This document shows positions 54,627 through 64,000 of a DNA stretch of 64,000 nt, one piece after another (the stretch's first letter is position 1; every line of letters begins with the position of its first letter). The notes under the pieces were generated by a model that ran no database searches, had not been told where the DNA came from, and saw nothing but the letters and a program-made list of their open reading frames with translations. Position numbers and translations under genes: made by a program. Origin of the DNA: Octopus vulgaris (lineage: Eukaryota); the NCBI GenBank assembly GCA_951406725.2, contig OX597817.1, positions 163,680,001 to 163,744,000 on the forward strand. The letters are read 5' to 3'.

Positions 54627-54829
54627 TATCTGACCGCGTGTGTAGCGTTGGCGACTTTTTTTCCTCTGTCTTCCCTTCTCTGGATCTTTCTTTCTCATAT
54701 TTTTCCGACGAACAGCTCCGCTCGAAACGTTAAACCCTCCTTCTTTCCTTCTTTCCTGAGCGTCCAATAATACTATATTTGTTCCACGTCCTCGCGTTGT
54801 TGTGTTTTTTTGTGCTTTCATGTTTAGAT

Positions 54830-54835
<6 letters not shown>
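54627..54835 (+). mobile_element. Short element family D (motif 54702-54735), nested in a diverged SINE family A (~54434-55470)
   Basis: ttt CCGACGA ACAGC-tcc-GCTC GAAA CG TT aaac; SINE A head at 54434, tail ~55250-55470. Confidence 0.78.
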
Positions 54836-54869
<34 letters not shown>

Positions 54870-55076
54870 AAATAACGAGGGTGATAAATTGAATATTAAT
54901 TCAATTAATATCAATTTAAAACCAGTAGCCTAGCATATAGAAAAATCTAAAAAATCAGAAAAAATTGCAGTACATATGTATATTTAGGGATAACCACTAG
55001 GTGGATAACCAATATGCTAGATGAAGATCACATACGATCTAACTACAAAGAAAAGAATGTTCCCTAGAACATACAT

Positions 55077-55117
<41 letters not shown>

Positions 55118-55134
55118 CATATATATATATATAT

Positions 55135-55193
<59 letters not shown>

Positions 55194-55217
55194 TATGTAT
55201 GTGTATATATATATGTA

Positions 55218-55250
<33 letters not shown>

Positions 55251-55555
55251 GTCTTTGCGTTTGTTTATCCCCACACCGCTTCACAAGCGGTTGTTGGATT
55301 GTTTATGATCCCGTAAACTAGTGCTTCTGCAAAAGGAGACCGCTAGAATAAGTACTAGACTTTTATAAAATAAATACCCGGGTTGATTCGTTCGAGTAAG
55401 CACTTCCAGGTCATTCACCGACATCGCTGCAGTTGAATGGCTGAAACAAGTGTAAGATAAAAGATAAATATATGACTTAAGAAATGATCATAAAAATCCA
55501 CTGAGACTATGCTGCTTGCCTTGTCCTATTGTAGTGTCTGTGGTGCTATACTTTT

Positions 55556-55762
55556 TACTCTTTTACTCTTTTACTTGCTTCAGTCAGGCTGTGGCCATGC
55601 TGGAGCACTGCCTTTAGTCGAGCAAATCGACCCCAGGATTTATTCTTTGTAAACCTAGTACTTATTCTATCAGTTTTTTGCCGAACCGCTAGGTTACGGG
55701 GACGTAAACAAGCCAGCATCGGTTGTCCAGCGATGTTGGGGGCACAAAGACAGACACACAAA

Positions 55763-55834
<72 letters not shown>

Positions 55835-55994
55835 TATATATATACATATATACGACGTGCTTCTTTCAGTTTCCGTCTACCAAATCCACCCACAAGGCTT
55901 TGGTCTGCCCGAGTAGAAGATACTTGCAGTGGGACTGAACCCGGAACCATGTGGTTCGTAAGCAAGCTACTTACCACACAACCACTCCTACGCC
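55556..55994 (-). mobile_element. SINE family A
   Basis: Reverse complement of family A. Confidence 0.9.
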
Positions 55995-56244
55995 TATGGT
56001 ACTACTAAAAATAACAGACTATCCTGCTTTCTCAAATTCTATGCCTGCTACCACATGTGACAGTTCAAAAGAACTACTTCAGCAGGATAAATGGATGTTA
56101 ACGGGCATGTGATCTTACCAATTGCATTATAGGCGTTATATTCATTTGCCATACGGTATTTTATGCATTACTGTTCGAGGTCATCACTCTTACTATATAT
56201 TGGTTTCAAACTTTCGCCCAGGCTCAGCGATGTCAAGGGTGTGT

Positions 56245-56395
56245 GTAAATCGATTATATCGACCCCGATGCACAACTGGTACTTATTCCATCGACCTCGG
56301 GGCGGGGGATGAAAGGTAAAGTCGACTTCGGCGGAATTTGAACTCATAGCGTAAAGACGGACGAAATGCTGCCAAGCAATTTTCCCAGCGAGCTA
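56245..56395 (-). mobile_element. SINE family B-like copy
   Basis: ggatgaaaggtaaagtcgacttcggcggaatttgaactca. Confidence 0.75.
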
Positions 56396-56402
56396 ATAAT
56401 AT

Positions 56403-57989
56403 ATGGTTACCGTCTCTATTTTCAAACAAGATGATGGTCGTGAACCCCCTCCATTTGATAGATCGGTACCTCCAATGCTTCGATTGATCATCACGCGGGA
56501 CCAAGTCAAACGTGTTATTCAAGGCCTCGATGTCAACAAGGGTCACGGCCCTGACGGCATACACCCACGGGTTATCAAAGCGTTGGCTCCGGTCATCTGC
56601 GAGCCCTTAACACGACTATTCAATATGTCATTGGCGACGGGTGTTATACCTGCAGACTGGAGAACAGCGATAATCTGCCCAATTTTCAAGAAAGGGAGCC
56701 GCGAAGACCCGCTTAACTACCGACCGGTTTCCCTTACATCAATAATCAGCAAGATGTTCGAAACCATCCTTAAGAAAAGTATGATGCTCCACCTCCTAAA
56801 AACAGCCTCGATCACTGATTCCCAACACGGCTTCGTGCCGAAGAGATCATGCTTGACCAACTTACTAGTAATGGAAGAATTGGTGACGCGCATCCTCGAT
56901 GATAGTGATGCTGTTGACATCGTTTTATTGGACTTTGCCAAAGCTTTTGACTCGGTAAACCACCGCCTACTACTTGTCAAGCTTCAAGCATATAGTTTCC
57001 ATCCGGATATTGTACGATGGGTTGGTGCCTTCCTCTCAGATCGCTCCTTCCAAGTTCAAGTTAATGGTTCGCGGTCCGACGTCTCCAGTGCGAGCAGTGG
57101 CGTGCCTCAAGGTTCAGTGCTTGGGCCCTTGTTGTTCTTAGTCTTCATAAATGACTTGCCCGACGACCTCACGCAACACACCCTTCTATTTGCCGACGAT
57201 ATCAAACTGGTCGCTCCTCGCGGTAGTATAGAGGATCTTCGTCGATGCCTCCACCAAATTTGGAAGTGGTCTAACGATTGGGACCTGTGTCTGAACGTGT
57301 CAAAGTGCTGTCATCTGCCTGTCGGCTCTACTCCTGCAACTCAACTTGATTTCGTGCCGGGTCGTCTGCTGCTGGAGAGGACCGATCAGGTAAAGGACCT
57401 GGGTATCTTGGTGGATTCCTCCTTTTCGCCTTCGGCCCAGTGCGTCCATGCTGCCAACAAAGCGCGCGGAATTCTGTTTTTGATTCGACGGTCATTCGGA
57501 ATGCTCACAGCAGCCATATTCCTGCCACTCTATGTCACGCTGGTGAGACCCATATTGGAGTATGGGATTCAAGCCTCTTCTCCTTATCTCCTCAAAGACA
57601 TACAGCACCTCGAAAGGGTCCAGAGGCTGGCTACCCGCATGGTTCATGGTCTCAAAAATTTGTCCTACGAAGAAAGGCTGAGGACGCTCGACCTTTATTC
57701 TCTTGAAAAACGCCGCCGCCGTGGTGATCTCATTCTCGCCCACAACATCATAAGCGAGAAGTGTAACCTCTCGAAAGAGCTGTTCTTCACTCCTGCTCCG
57801 GAGCGTCGGCTGCGGGGTCATTCCGAAAAGCTCTACCTGCGACGATTTCATCTCAATCGAAGGAGAGGAGCTTTCTCCGTCCGGGTTGCGGATCCGTGGA
57901 ACAAGCTGCCAGACGAGATGGTGAAGATGCCGACGACCGCTTTGTTCAAAGCCTCCCTGGACCTCAAGTGGCCTGAACTCTTTACATGA
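56403..57989 (+). CDS. CR1-like LINE ORF2, 5'-truncated, uninterrupted reverse transcriptase and C-terminus
   Basis: GPDGIHPRV, NYRPVSLTS, QHGF, LDFAKAFDSV, SGVPQGSVLGP, FADD, RGHSEKL, FSVRVADPWNKLP; first Met probably fortuitous. Confidence 0.95.
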   Translation: MVTVSIFKQDDGREPPPFDRSVPPMLRLIITRDQVKRVIQGLDVNKGHGPDGIHPRVIKALAPVICEPLTRLFNMSLATGVIPADWRTAIICPIFKKGSREDPLNYRPVSLTSIISKMFETILKKSMMLHLLKTASITDSQHGFVPKRSCLTNLLVMEELVTRILDDSDAVDIVLLDFAKAFDSVNHRLLLVKLQAYSFHPDIVRWVGAFLSDRSFQVQVNGSRSDVSSASSGVPQGSVLGPLLFLVFINDLPDDLTQHTLLFADDIKLVAPRGSIEDLRRCLHQIWKWSNDWDLCLNVSKCCHLPVGSTPATQLDFVPGRLLLERTDQVKDLGILVDSSFSPSAQCVHAANKARGILFLIRRSFGMLTAAIFLPLYVTLVRPILEYGIQASSPYLLKDIQHLERVQRLATRMVHGLKNLSYEERLRTLDLYSLEKRRRRGDLILAHNIISEKCNLSKELFFTPAPERRLRGHSEKLYLRRFHLNRRRGAFSVRVADPWNKLPDEMVKMPTTALFKASLDLKWPELFT

Positions 57990-58080
57990 ACACCACCCTG
58001 TACTTAACTCCATGTCCCCCTACATGGCCTTGCTATTTGCTTTTGAGCCAAATTAACTAACTAACTAACTAACTAACTAA
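57990..58080 (+). mobile_element. LINE 3' UTR with (CTAA)n tail
   Basis: ccatgt-cccct-acatgg stem-loop, then taactaactaactaactaactaactaa. Confidence 0.85.
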
Positions 58081-58348
58081 ATTAAGTAAGACCCTGATAC
58101 TTAATTCATTTATATACTTATACATTGTCGTTGTATGTTATTACAATAGCCAAAGATTGTCTTCGACCTAAACAAATTTTGATTAATATTATTTGAGATA
58201 TATGGAAATATATTTTGATAGTTGTAGATTCTATTTACTTAATTATTTTGTCCGTTATATTTTTTTTAAATTGTACTTGTTATGTAGTTGAAAAGTTAAC
58301 GCTCACGCTCCTGAACATATCATAATGTGTGTGTGTGTGTGTGTGTGA

Positions 58349-58595
58349 AGGCGCGTGGCTCAGTGATTAGGGTGTTGGACTCATGATTGTAAGATTGTGG
58401 TTTCGATTCCTGGACCGGGCAAGCGTTGTGTTCTTGAGAAAACACCTCATTTTACGTCGCTCCAGTTCACTCAGCAGGCAAAATTGAGTAATCCTGCGAT
58501 GGATTGGCGTTCCTTCCAGGTGGGAAATTTTTACGCCATGGAAACCGGGAAACCGGCCTTTATGAGTCTGTATGACTCGGGAAGGAACATTACTT
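58349..58595 (+). mobile_element. tRNA-derived SINE
   Basis: tggctcagtga A box, gtttcgattcc B box, tgtgttcttgag core as in 1064-1250. Confidence 0.78.
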
Positions 58596-58677
58596 ATATA
58601 TATATATATAAATATTGCACAGTATAGAATATATTAGCAATATTTATGAAAAACAAAACTAAATGTTAATGAAAATA

Positions 58678-58786
58678 CAGTAATCCCTCGACTATCGCGG
58701 GTGTAACATTTCAAAACCTCCCGCGATAGGTGAACCGCGATAGGTGAACCGCGATAGGTGAACCGCAATATGGCGAGGGATTACTG
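58678..58786. mobile_element. Tc1/mariner (pogo/Tigger-type) MITE, TA TSD
   Basis: TA-CAGTAATCCCTCG...CGAGGGATTACTG-TA; internal 14-bp unit ccgcgataggtgaa x3. Confidence 0.9.
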
Positions 58787-59349
58787 TATATTAAAAACTA
58801 AATTAGTGTATAACTAAATTAAATAACTATATTAGTATATAACTCAAAGAGAGAATAAAAATAGAGGAATTGAATCCTTAAGTAACTAAAAAAAATCAGC
58901 AACTCTAATGTTCTAAGAGTGCAATTGATCTACATTATCGAAATTTTTAAAAAAATGGAAACCAACTAAAGCTTGAACTAATATCTATTAAACCGACATC
59001 TTTGAAGTTAATTAAAAGTAGAAGTGCAAAGAGAAAAGAAAAAAGGAGAAAAAAGAAATGCATAAAGAAAGAACAGAGGAAATAAAGGAAAAGAGAAGAA
59101 ATAAAGAAAGAACAGAGGAAATAATAGTAGCTTTAAAAAGATACTAATGGCTGATTTTTCAACAGAAGAATGGAATTGTGTCAGTGGCTACGTTGCACAA
59201 ATCCTAGCAGGTTTTTTTTCCACGCATTTCAATAAAGTATAACATTAAGAAATAAACGTTAAGTGATTATCTTCATGTTCTTAAATATCTAAAATGACTC
59301 TTCCACTTCCATGATCTTCTATGCATAAATATTTATATAATATATTTAT

Positions 59350-59384
59350 CAATCTATCTGTCTGTCTGTCTGCATATCTCTCCG

Positions 59385-59448
<64 letters not shown>

Positions 59449-59456
59449 CCTACCTA

Positions 59457-59489
<33 letters not shown>
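59350..59489. repeat. (TCTA)n microsatellite abutting the Tx1-like element
   Basis: Direct reading. Confidence 0.96.
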
Positions 59490-59490
<1 letters not shown>

Positions 59491-59715
59491 CTCACTCACA
59501 ATGGACGGACGATAGTCATATCGGCTCCACGTAAGTTGGCCACTTTTACATGTTTAAAACTCCTTGTTGTCAAATATTTTGTTTTAATCGTTGTGCAAGT
59601 TCATTCACTAAAAAACCTGAGAATTATTCACGTAGAATTCCGCCCCTGTATGGGCGAAATTACAAAAAAACTTTCAAAACTTTCGTGGGTTTTTTAGCCA
59701 TTTTTCATTTTGAAA

Positions 59716-61757
59716 ATGGCAACTAGAAACCACGTGGCTAGCCCGCCAGTCATGCAGAACGGTAGCAAAACACTATTGCTACCACTAACTACTAAACATC
59801 GCAGCGTGAACACCGCTGTCACCACCATCACCACCACCACCAACAACAACAACAAATCTAACGCCGCATTCACCATCGCCGCGACCAAAGACATTAACTT
59901 AGATTTTCCCTCACTCCCCACACCACTTGTTGATGATAAAGGGACAGAGAAAGGGATTTCAAAAATGAATACAAACGAAAACATGAATGCCAGCACCACC
60001 ACCATCACCACCAACAACAACAACAACGAAATTGGCACAAAGCCGCCTACCAAAGACAACACCGCCAACACCAACACCACTACTACGACGTCAAATGCTA
60101 CATCCAAGCCTTCTACTGCTAATACCGCCAACACCAACACCACTACCATGACTTCAATTAACACTGCCACAATTAACACTTCTACTGCCAAATTCAAAAC
60201 GAATTTTGCGGACGTAACAAAACAAAAAAGAACAATTGTAACATTCACCACACAAGAGATAAACCGCACAAAGGCACTCTTCTCCAAAGAAGGAGACAAA
60301 TTGCACCTTCACATTCCACAACACATCGTGGAAAACACCAAAAAAAAAACAATAATTTATAAAGTAATAAACAAAAAAACAAGAAGAACAGAAAATGCAC
60401 CGCAGGAAAAAATCGAAAAATGCCTTCGTCCTGCATGGGACTCCAAGGAATATATCAGTTGGGGAAACAAATTTGGTACAGTCCAAGTACGTTTCCTCAA
60501 CGAAAGTTTAGCAAAACGTTTTTCCACATTGGAGCTACATTCGGACGACTTGGTAATGATACCAGTCTATTTAAACAAAAGGGTCACGAAAGTCCAAATA
60601 AAAAACATACCATTTGATGTCGAAACACAATGGTTGGTCTCTGCCATCTGCTTTGAAATGTCAGAGACAATGTCAGAGACAAACATCCTGGAAATCGCGG
60701 TTCTAGGAGAGAAAGACTATGTGGGCAAATCAATCGAATTCCTGCTTCAATTGGATGAAGCAGCAAGAGAGAAGATACCCACCGCTATAGAACTGCCAGG
60801 AGGCTACAAACTCTATATAGTGGTTGAGGGCAGGCGACCACGCTGCTATTTGTGTGGAAGCGAAACACACTTGAAAAAGACGTGCCCAACCACTGCACAC
60901 CAAGAGCAACAACAACAACCACTACCACAACCAAAGCACTCCGGAAAAAAAGCTCTACTACCCACACCACCATCAACACAGAAGACGACAAGAGAAGCAC
61001 ACCAAGCTAATCCGTCATCAACCAAAAACCACTCAACACCTGGAAAAATACCAACACCACCAACAACAGCAAAACCAAAAGGAACAGAAAAACAAAGAAA
61101 ACACACACAAACTGATCCCCCATCCCTTATACCGCACTCAACACACACAAACACTCAACAACCAACAACAACGAAAACAACAACACAACCACTTACACAG
61201 ACATACATAGAAGCCCACAACATACCCCTACCCCCTCTGATTCCTCAGAAATTTCGTCGGAAGACGAAACCAGTGAGGAATGGCAAATAGCTACAAAAAG
61301 AAGGAAAATAAAGAGCAGAAACACAACCAAACCAAATGCAAACACGAACAAAGCAGGGGGAAATACATCTCCCGAAGACATTTCAAAACCCAACGCAAAC
61401 AACATCCACACCAACACCACCAAAACATATACAGCAAACATGCTCACAGCCATAGACACCAAAAACACAAATTTAATGGAATACATCCAATCAAAAACAA
61501 ACATAACAGAAGATGACATAAAAACAAACAATCACCCATACACAACACCACCAGACCACATCAAAATATTACACATCTCCAAAAGTCTGCACCACACACT
61601 CAAAGGCATTTTCCCCAGTGCGGTTGGTAAATGCCAAAAATATCTCACAAAGAAACTGTACTGGGATCTACTCGAGGACAAACCAACGGAGGAGAAAGCA
61701 AAAACGGAGGAGAAAGCAGTAAGTAACCCTCTGTATTCTAATTCATTAGAACTATGA
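59716..61757 (+). CDS. ORF1: T/N-rich N-terminus, CCHC zinc knuckle, P/T-rich tail; one apparent frameshift near 61225-61236
   Basis: CYLCGSETHLKKTC; the alternative frame SDSSEISSEDETSEEWQIATKRRK is open through the 61440-61757 ORF. Confidence 0.8.
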
Positions 61758-64000
61758 TCAAGATTGGTTGTGTAAATGCGCGTGGCTTGGGGTCCCCTTG
61801 GAAACAAGGGTACCTCTTAAATGACATAAAGTCACATAAGTTAGAAATCATAGCCATAAGCGAGACCAGACTCCACAATCCGCGGGCCCTAAAGACCATG
61901 TTTGGCGGACAGTTCAACATTTATTTTTCCCCCTGTCTGCCGAGAATGGGCGGTAGTGGCACCGCGGTACTTTTTCACAAGAGTCTGGATCTCAAAGTAA
62001 GGACAATATTCGTAGACCCGGAGGGTAGACTGGTCGTCCTGGATGTCGACGGCAGCAATGGGTGCGCTTTTCGACTCGTATCAGTTTACGCACCGCCCTT
62101 AACAGGTCGGGCGGATTTCTTTCAACGTCTAGAAGTTTTCTTGGGAACGTCTCGTCCTTTACTCTTAGTGGGGGATTGGAATGCTACCTTGGACACGCAT
62201 GTAGACTACGTGGGTAGAGATAGGAATAGACGGGGATGCAAATGCCTCAGAGTCCTGCTCAGACGCTTTCAACTGTCTGACAGGTTCCGACTAGACCACC
62301 CGAATGCGCCAACGTGGACATGGAGCAACCGCATCGGGTCGTCGAGATCGTATCTAGATAGGATACTGTGTAGGACAGTAGATAGAGATAGCATAGGATG
62401 TCCACAATTCCACATAGTCAGCTACACGGATCACAAACTTGTGACATGTACGCTAGACTTAGGTAAGACACTTAGGCAGGGTCCCGGATACTGGAAACTA
62501 AACGCGTCTTTCCCATCGAGACAAGTTTTCAGAGACCGGATTAGCACACTAGTAAAGAGGGCTTTGACGGGAGCCATCATCAACAACAAATGGTGGTTTG
62601 CCCTCAAGAGAGCAGTAAAAGCAGAAGCGATTAGGTACAGCAAAGCACTAGCCATAGATAGAAATAGAGTAGAGGGTGAGCTAGTTAAGAAGCTAGAAGA
62701 GGCAATTAGAAGCGGCATCGCATCCGACGTTTTGGCGGCGAGGTTGGCCCTCGACCAACACTTCAACGCCAAACACGAAGGATGTGCTGTCAGAGCTAGG
62801 ATGCGTGCTCTAAGGAACGAAGGTGTTGGAGCCGCGAGAGAGGCCCGGGTGGCAGAGGCGCAACAGGGCAACAAAGCCACCATTCGGTCACTGGTAGATG
62901 AACAGGGGCGCGAATTGCTCGAGCCAAGTAAAATGTGTGAAGCCTTTCAGCAGCATTTTGCCCGACTGTTCGGAACGAGTGGAGGGCAAGAACGTAGGGT
63001 GGACTTCAGTGCCTACCTACATAGCCTTCCACGACTCTCGACAAGAAAGGCAGGGTGCTGCGAAGGTGCCATCACGGCGGCGGAAGTGCGGGAAGCGATG
63101 GCAGAATGCTCGAGGGACAAATCACCGGGTTTGGATGGTCTACCCTACGAGCTTTACAATTGTATGCCAGACTTGTTTGGAGATCTCTTGGCGGCGGTGT
63201 ACTGCAACTGGCAGCAAAACGGGAGCATTCCTGGTTTTGTGAGCCGAGGAGCCGTAACACTGCTGAAGAAAGATCTAAACAAGGGAAATGTAATAGATAA
63301 CTTTAGGCCCATCACTCTGCTTAATGCAGACTTGAAAATTTTGGCCAAGGTGCTAGCCAAGAGGTTGGCGCTTGTCATCGAGAAACTGGTCGACAAGGCG
63401 CAAACATGCGCCGTGCCAGGCCGGACCATCCATGACAACCTCCATCTGATGCGCTACATCATAGACAGGGTAGTTAACGAACCTGGCATGGGTGGGGCCC
63501 TGATCAACTTGGATCAATCGAAAGCCTTTGATAGGGTAGACCATCGATACTTGGGGGCAGTCCTGAGAGCGGCTGGTTTCGGTCCCGTTTTCCGCGGATG
63601 GATAGCTGCCTTGTACAGAGGCATCCGTTCGGTAATTCGCGTAAATGGACATCTATCGAGACCTTTCGACATTGCACGTTCGGTCCGTCAGGGATGCCCC
63701 CTCTCGGCGCTTCTATACGTATTGACTCTTGAGCCACTACTGCGGAAGCTGGCGACTCTAAGGGGCATCCCGCGAGAATTGGGATACGGGACGAGCGTGT
63801 CTGCATACGCGGACGACGTCACCGTCATAGTGTCTAGCCACGAGCACATCGAGCTGGTCGGCGGGACACTGAAAAACTACGAAGCGGTGACAGGAGCGAA
63901 AATCAACCGGGAAAAGTCAGTGGGCTTGCGACTAGGCACCTGGAGAAGCAAGCCCATGCCGTCCACCAGCGCCTCCGTCGTGGGACGCTGGACCGACGGC
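61754..64000 (+). CDS. ORF2 APE endonuclease plus reverse transcriptase, open to window end (missing from the ORF track because it has no stop)
   Basis: MIKIGCVNARGL...ISETRL...GDWN...YLDRI...TDHK; KSPGLDGLPYE, NFRPITLLNADLKILAK, LDQSKAFDRVDH, VRQGCPLS, YADD (63806, same frame as the ATG). Confidence 0.93.
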   Translation, partial: MIKIGCVNARGLGSPWKQGYLLNDIKSHKLEIIAISETRLHNPRALKTMFGGQFNIYFSPCLPRMGGSGTAVLFHKSLDLKVRTIFVDPEGRLVVLDVDGSNGCAFRLVSVYAPPLTGRADFFQRLEVFLGTSRPLLLVGDWNATLDTHVDYVGRDRNRRGCKCLRVLLRRFQLSDRFRLDHPNAPTWTWSNRIGSSRSYLDRILCRTVDRDSIGCPQFHIVSYTDHKLVTCTLDLGKTLRQGPGYWKLNASFPSRQVFRDRISTLVKRALTGAIINNKWWFALKRAVKAEAIRYSKALAIDRNRVEGELVKKLEEAIRSGIASDVLAARLALDQHFNAKHEGCAVRARMRALRNEGVGAAREARVAEAQQGNKATIRSLVDEQGRELLEPSKMCEAFQQHFARLFGTSGGQERRVDFSAYLHSLPRLSTRKAGCCEGAITAAEVREAMAECSRDKSPGLDGLPYELYNCMPDLFGDLLAAVYCNWQQNGSIPGFVSRGAVTLLKKDLNKGNVIDNFRPITLLNADLKILAKVLAKRLALVIEKLVDKAQTCAVPGRTIHDNLHLMRYIIDRVVNEPGMGGALINLDQSKAFDRVDHRYLGAVLRAAGFGPVFRGWIAALYRGIRSVIRVNGHLSRPFDIARSVRQGCPLSALLYVLTLEPLLRKLATLRGIPRELGYGTSVSAYADDVTVIVSSHEHIELVGGTLKNYEAVTGAKINREKSVGLRLGTWRSKPMPSTSASVVGRWTDG

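Larger units (their letters stand above)
59490..64000 (+). mobile_element. L1-clade (Tx1-like) non-LTR retrotransposon, 5' end apparently complete, continues beyond the window
   Basis: 5' UTR, gag-like ORF1 with CCHC, ATGA overlap, APE plus RT ORF2. Confidence 0.9.

Noticed and set aside
57492-63806. Minus-strand and off-frame ORFs overlapping the LINE ORFs
   Set aside because: Shadow frames of the LINE coding sequences

Overview
AT-rich, repeat-saturated eukaryotic intergenic or intronic DNA. The microsatellite load ((TA)n, (TG)n, (TATG)n, (GATA)n, trinucleotides) and the tRNA-derived SINE families suggest a coleoid cephalopod, probably Octopus; this is inference from recognition, not a database result. 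No host protein-coding exon can be supported, and most ORF-track entries are translated microsatellites or SINEs. The real coding sequence is transposon-derived: an RTE LINE 3' end with a TSD (10350-11140), a decayed near-full CR1-like LINE (15263-18806), a clean 5'-truncated CR1-like RT ORF (56403-57989), an L1/Tx1-type element whose ORF2 runs off the window (59490-64000), and fragments of a Helitron helicase, a Penelope GIY-YIG domain and an RTE. Two MITEs are present, one with internal TTAGGG repeats. Main observation: short non-coding elements next to (TA)n/(TG)n tracts, built as fold-back hairpins or partial tandem repeats, repeatedly carry type I hammerhead-ribozyme motifs with palindromic stem III. 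About 12 motifs are visible: two with canonical core and GUC site, the rest variant or decayed. This looks like a diverse Penelope pLTR / retrozyme-like population. Also notable: three retroelement insertions in or beside (TCTA)n arrays in the same orientation, and four SINE tandem arrays sharing one unit junction. All coordinates and folds were read by eye.
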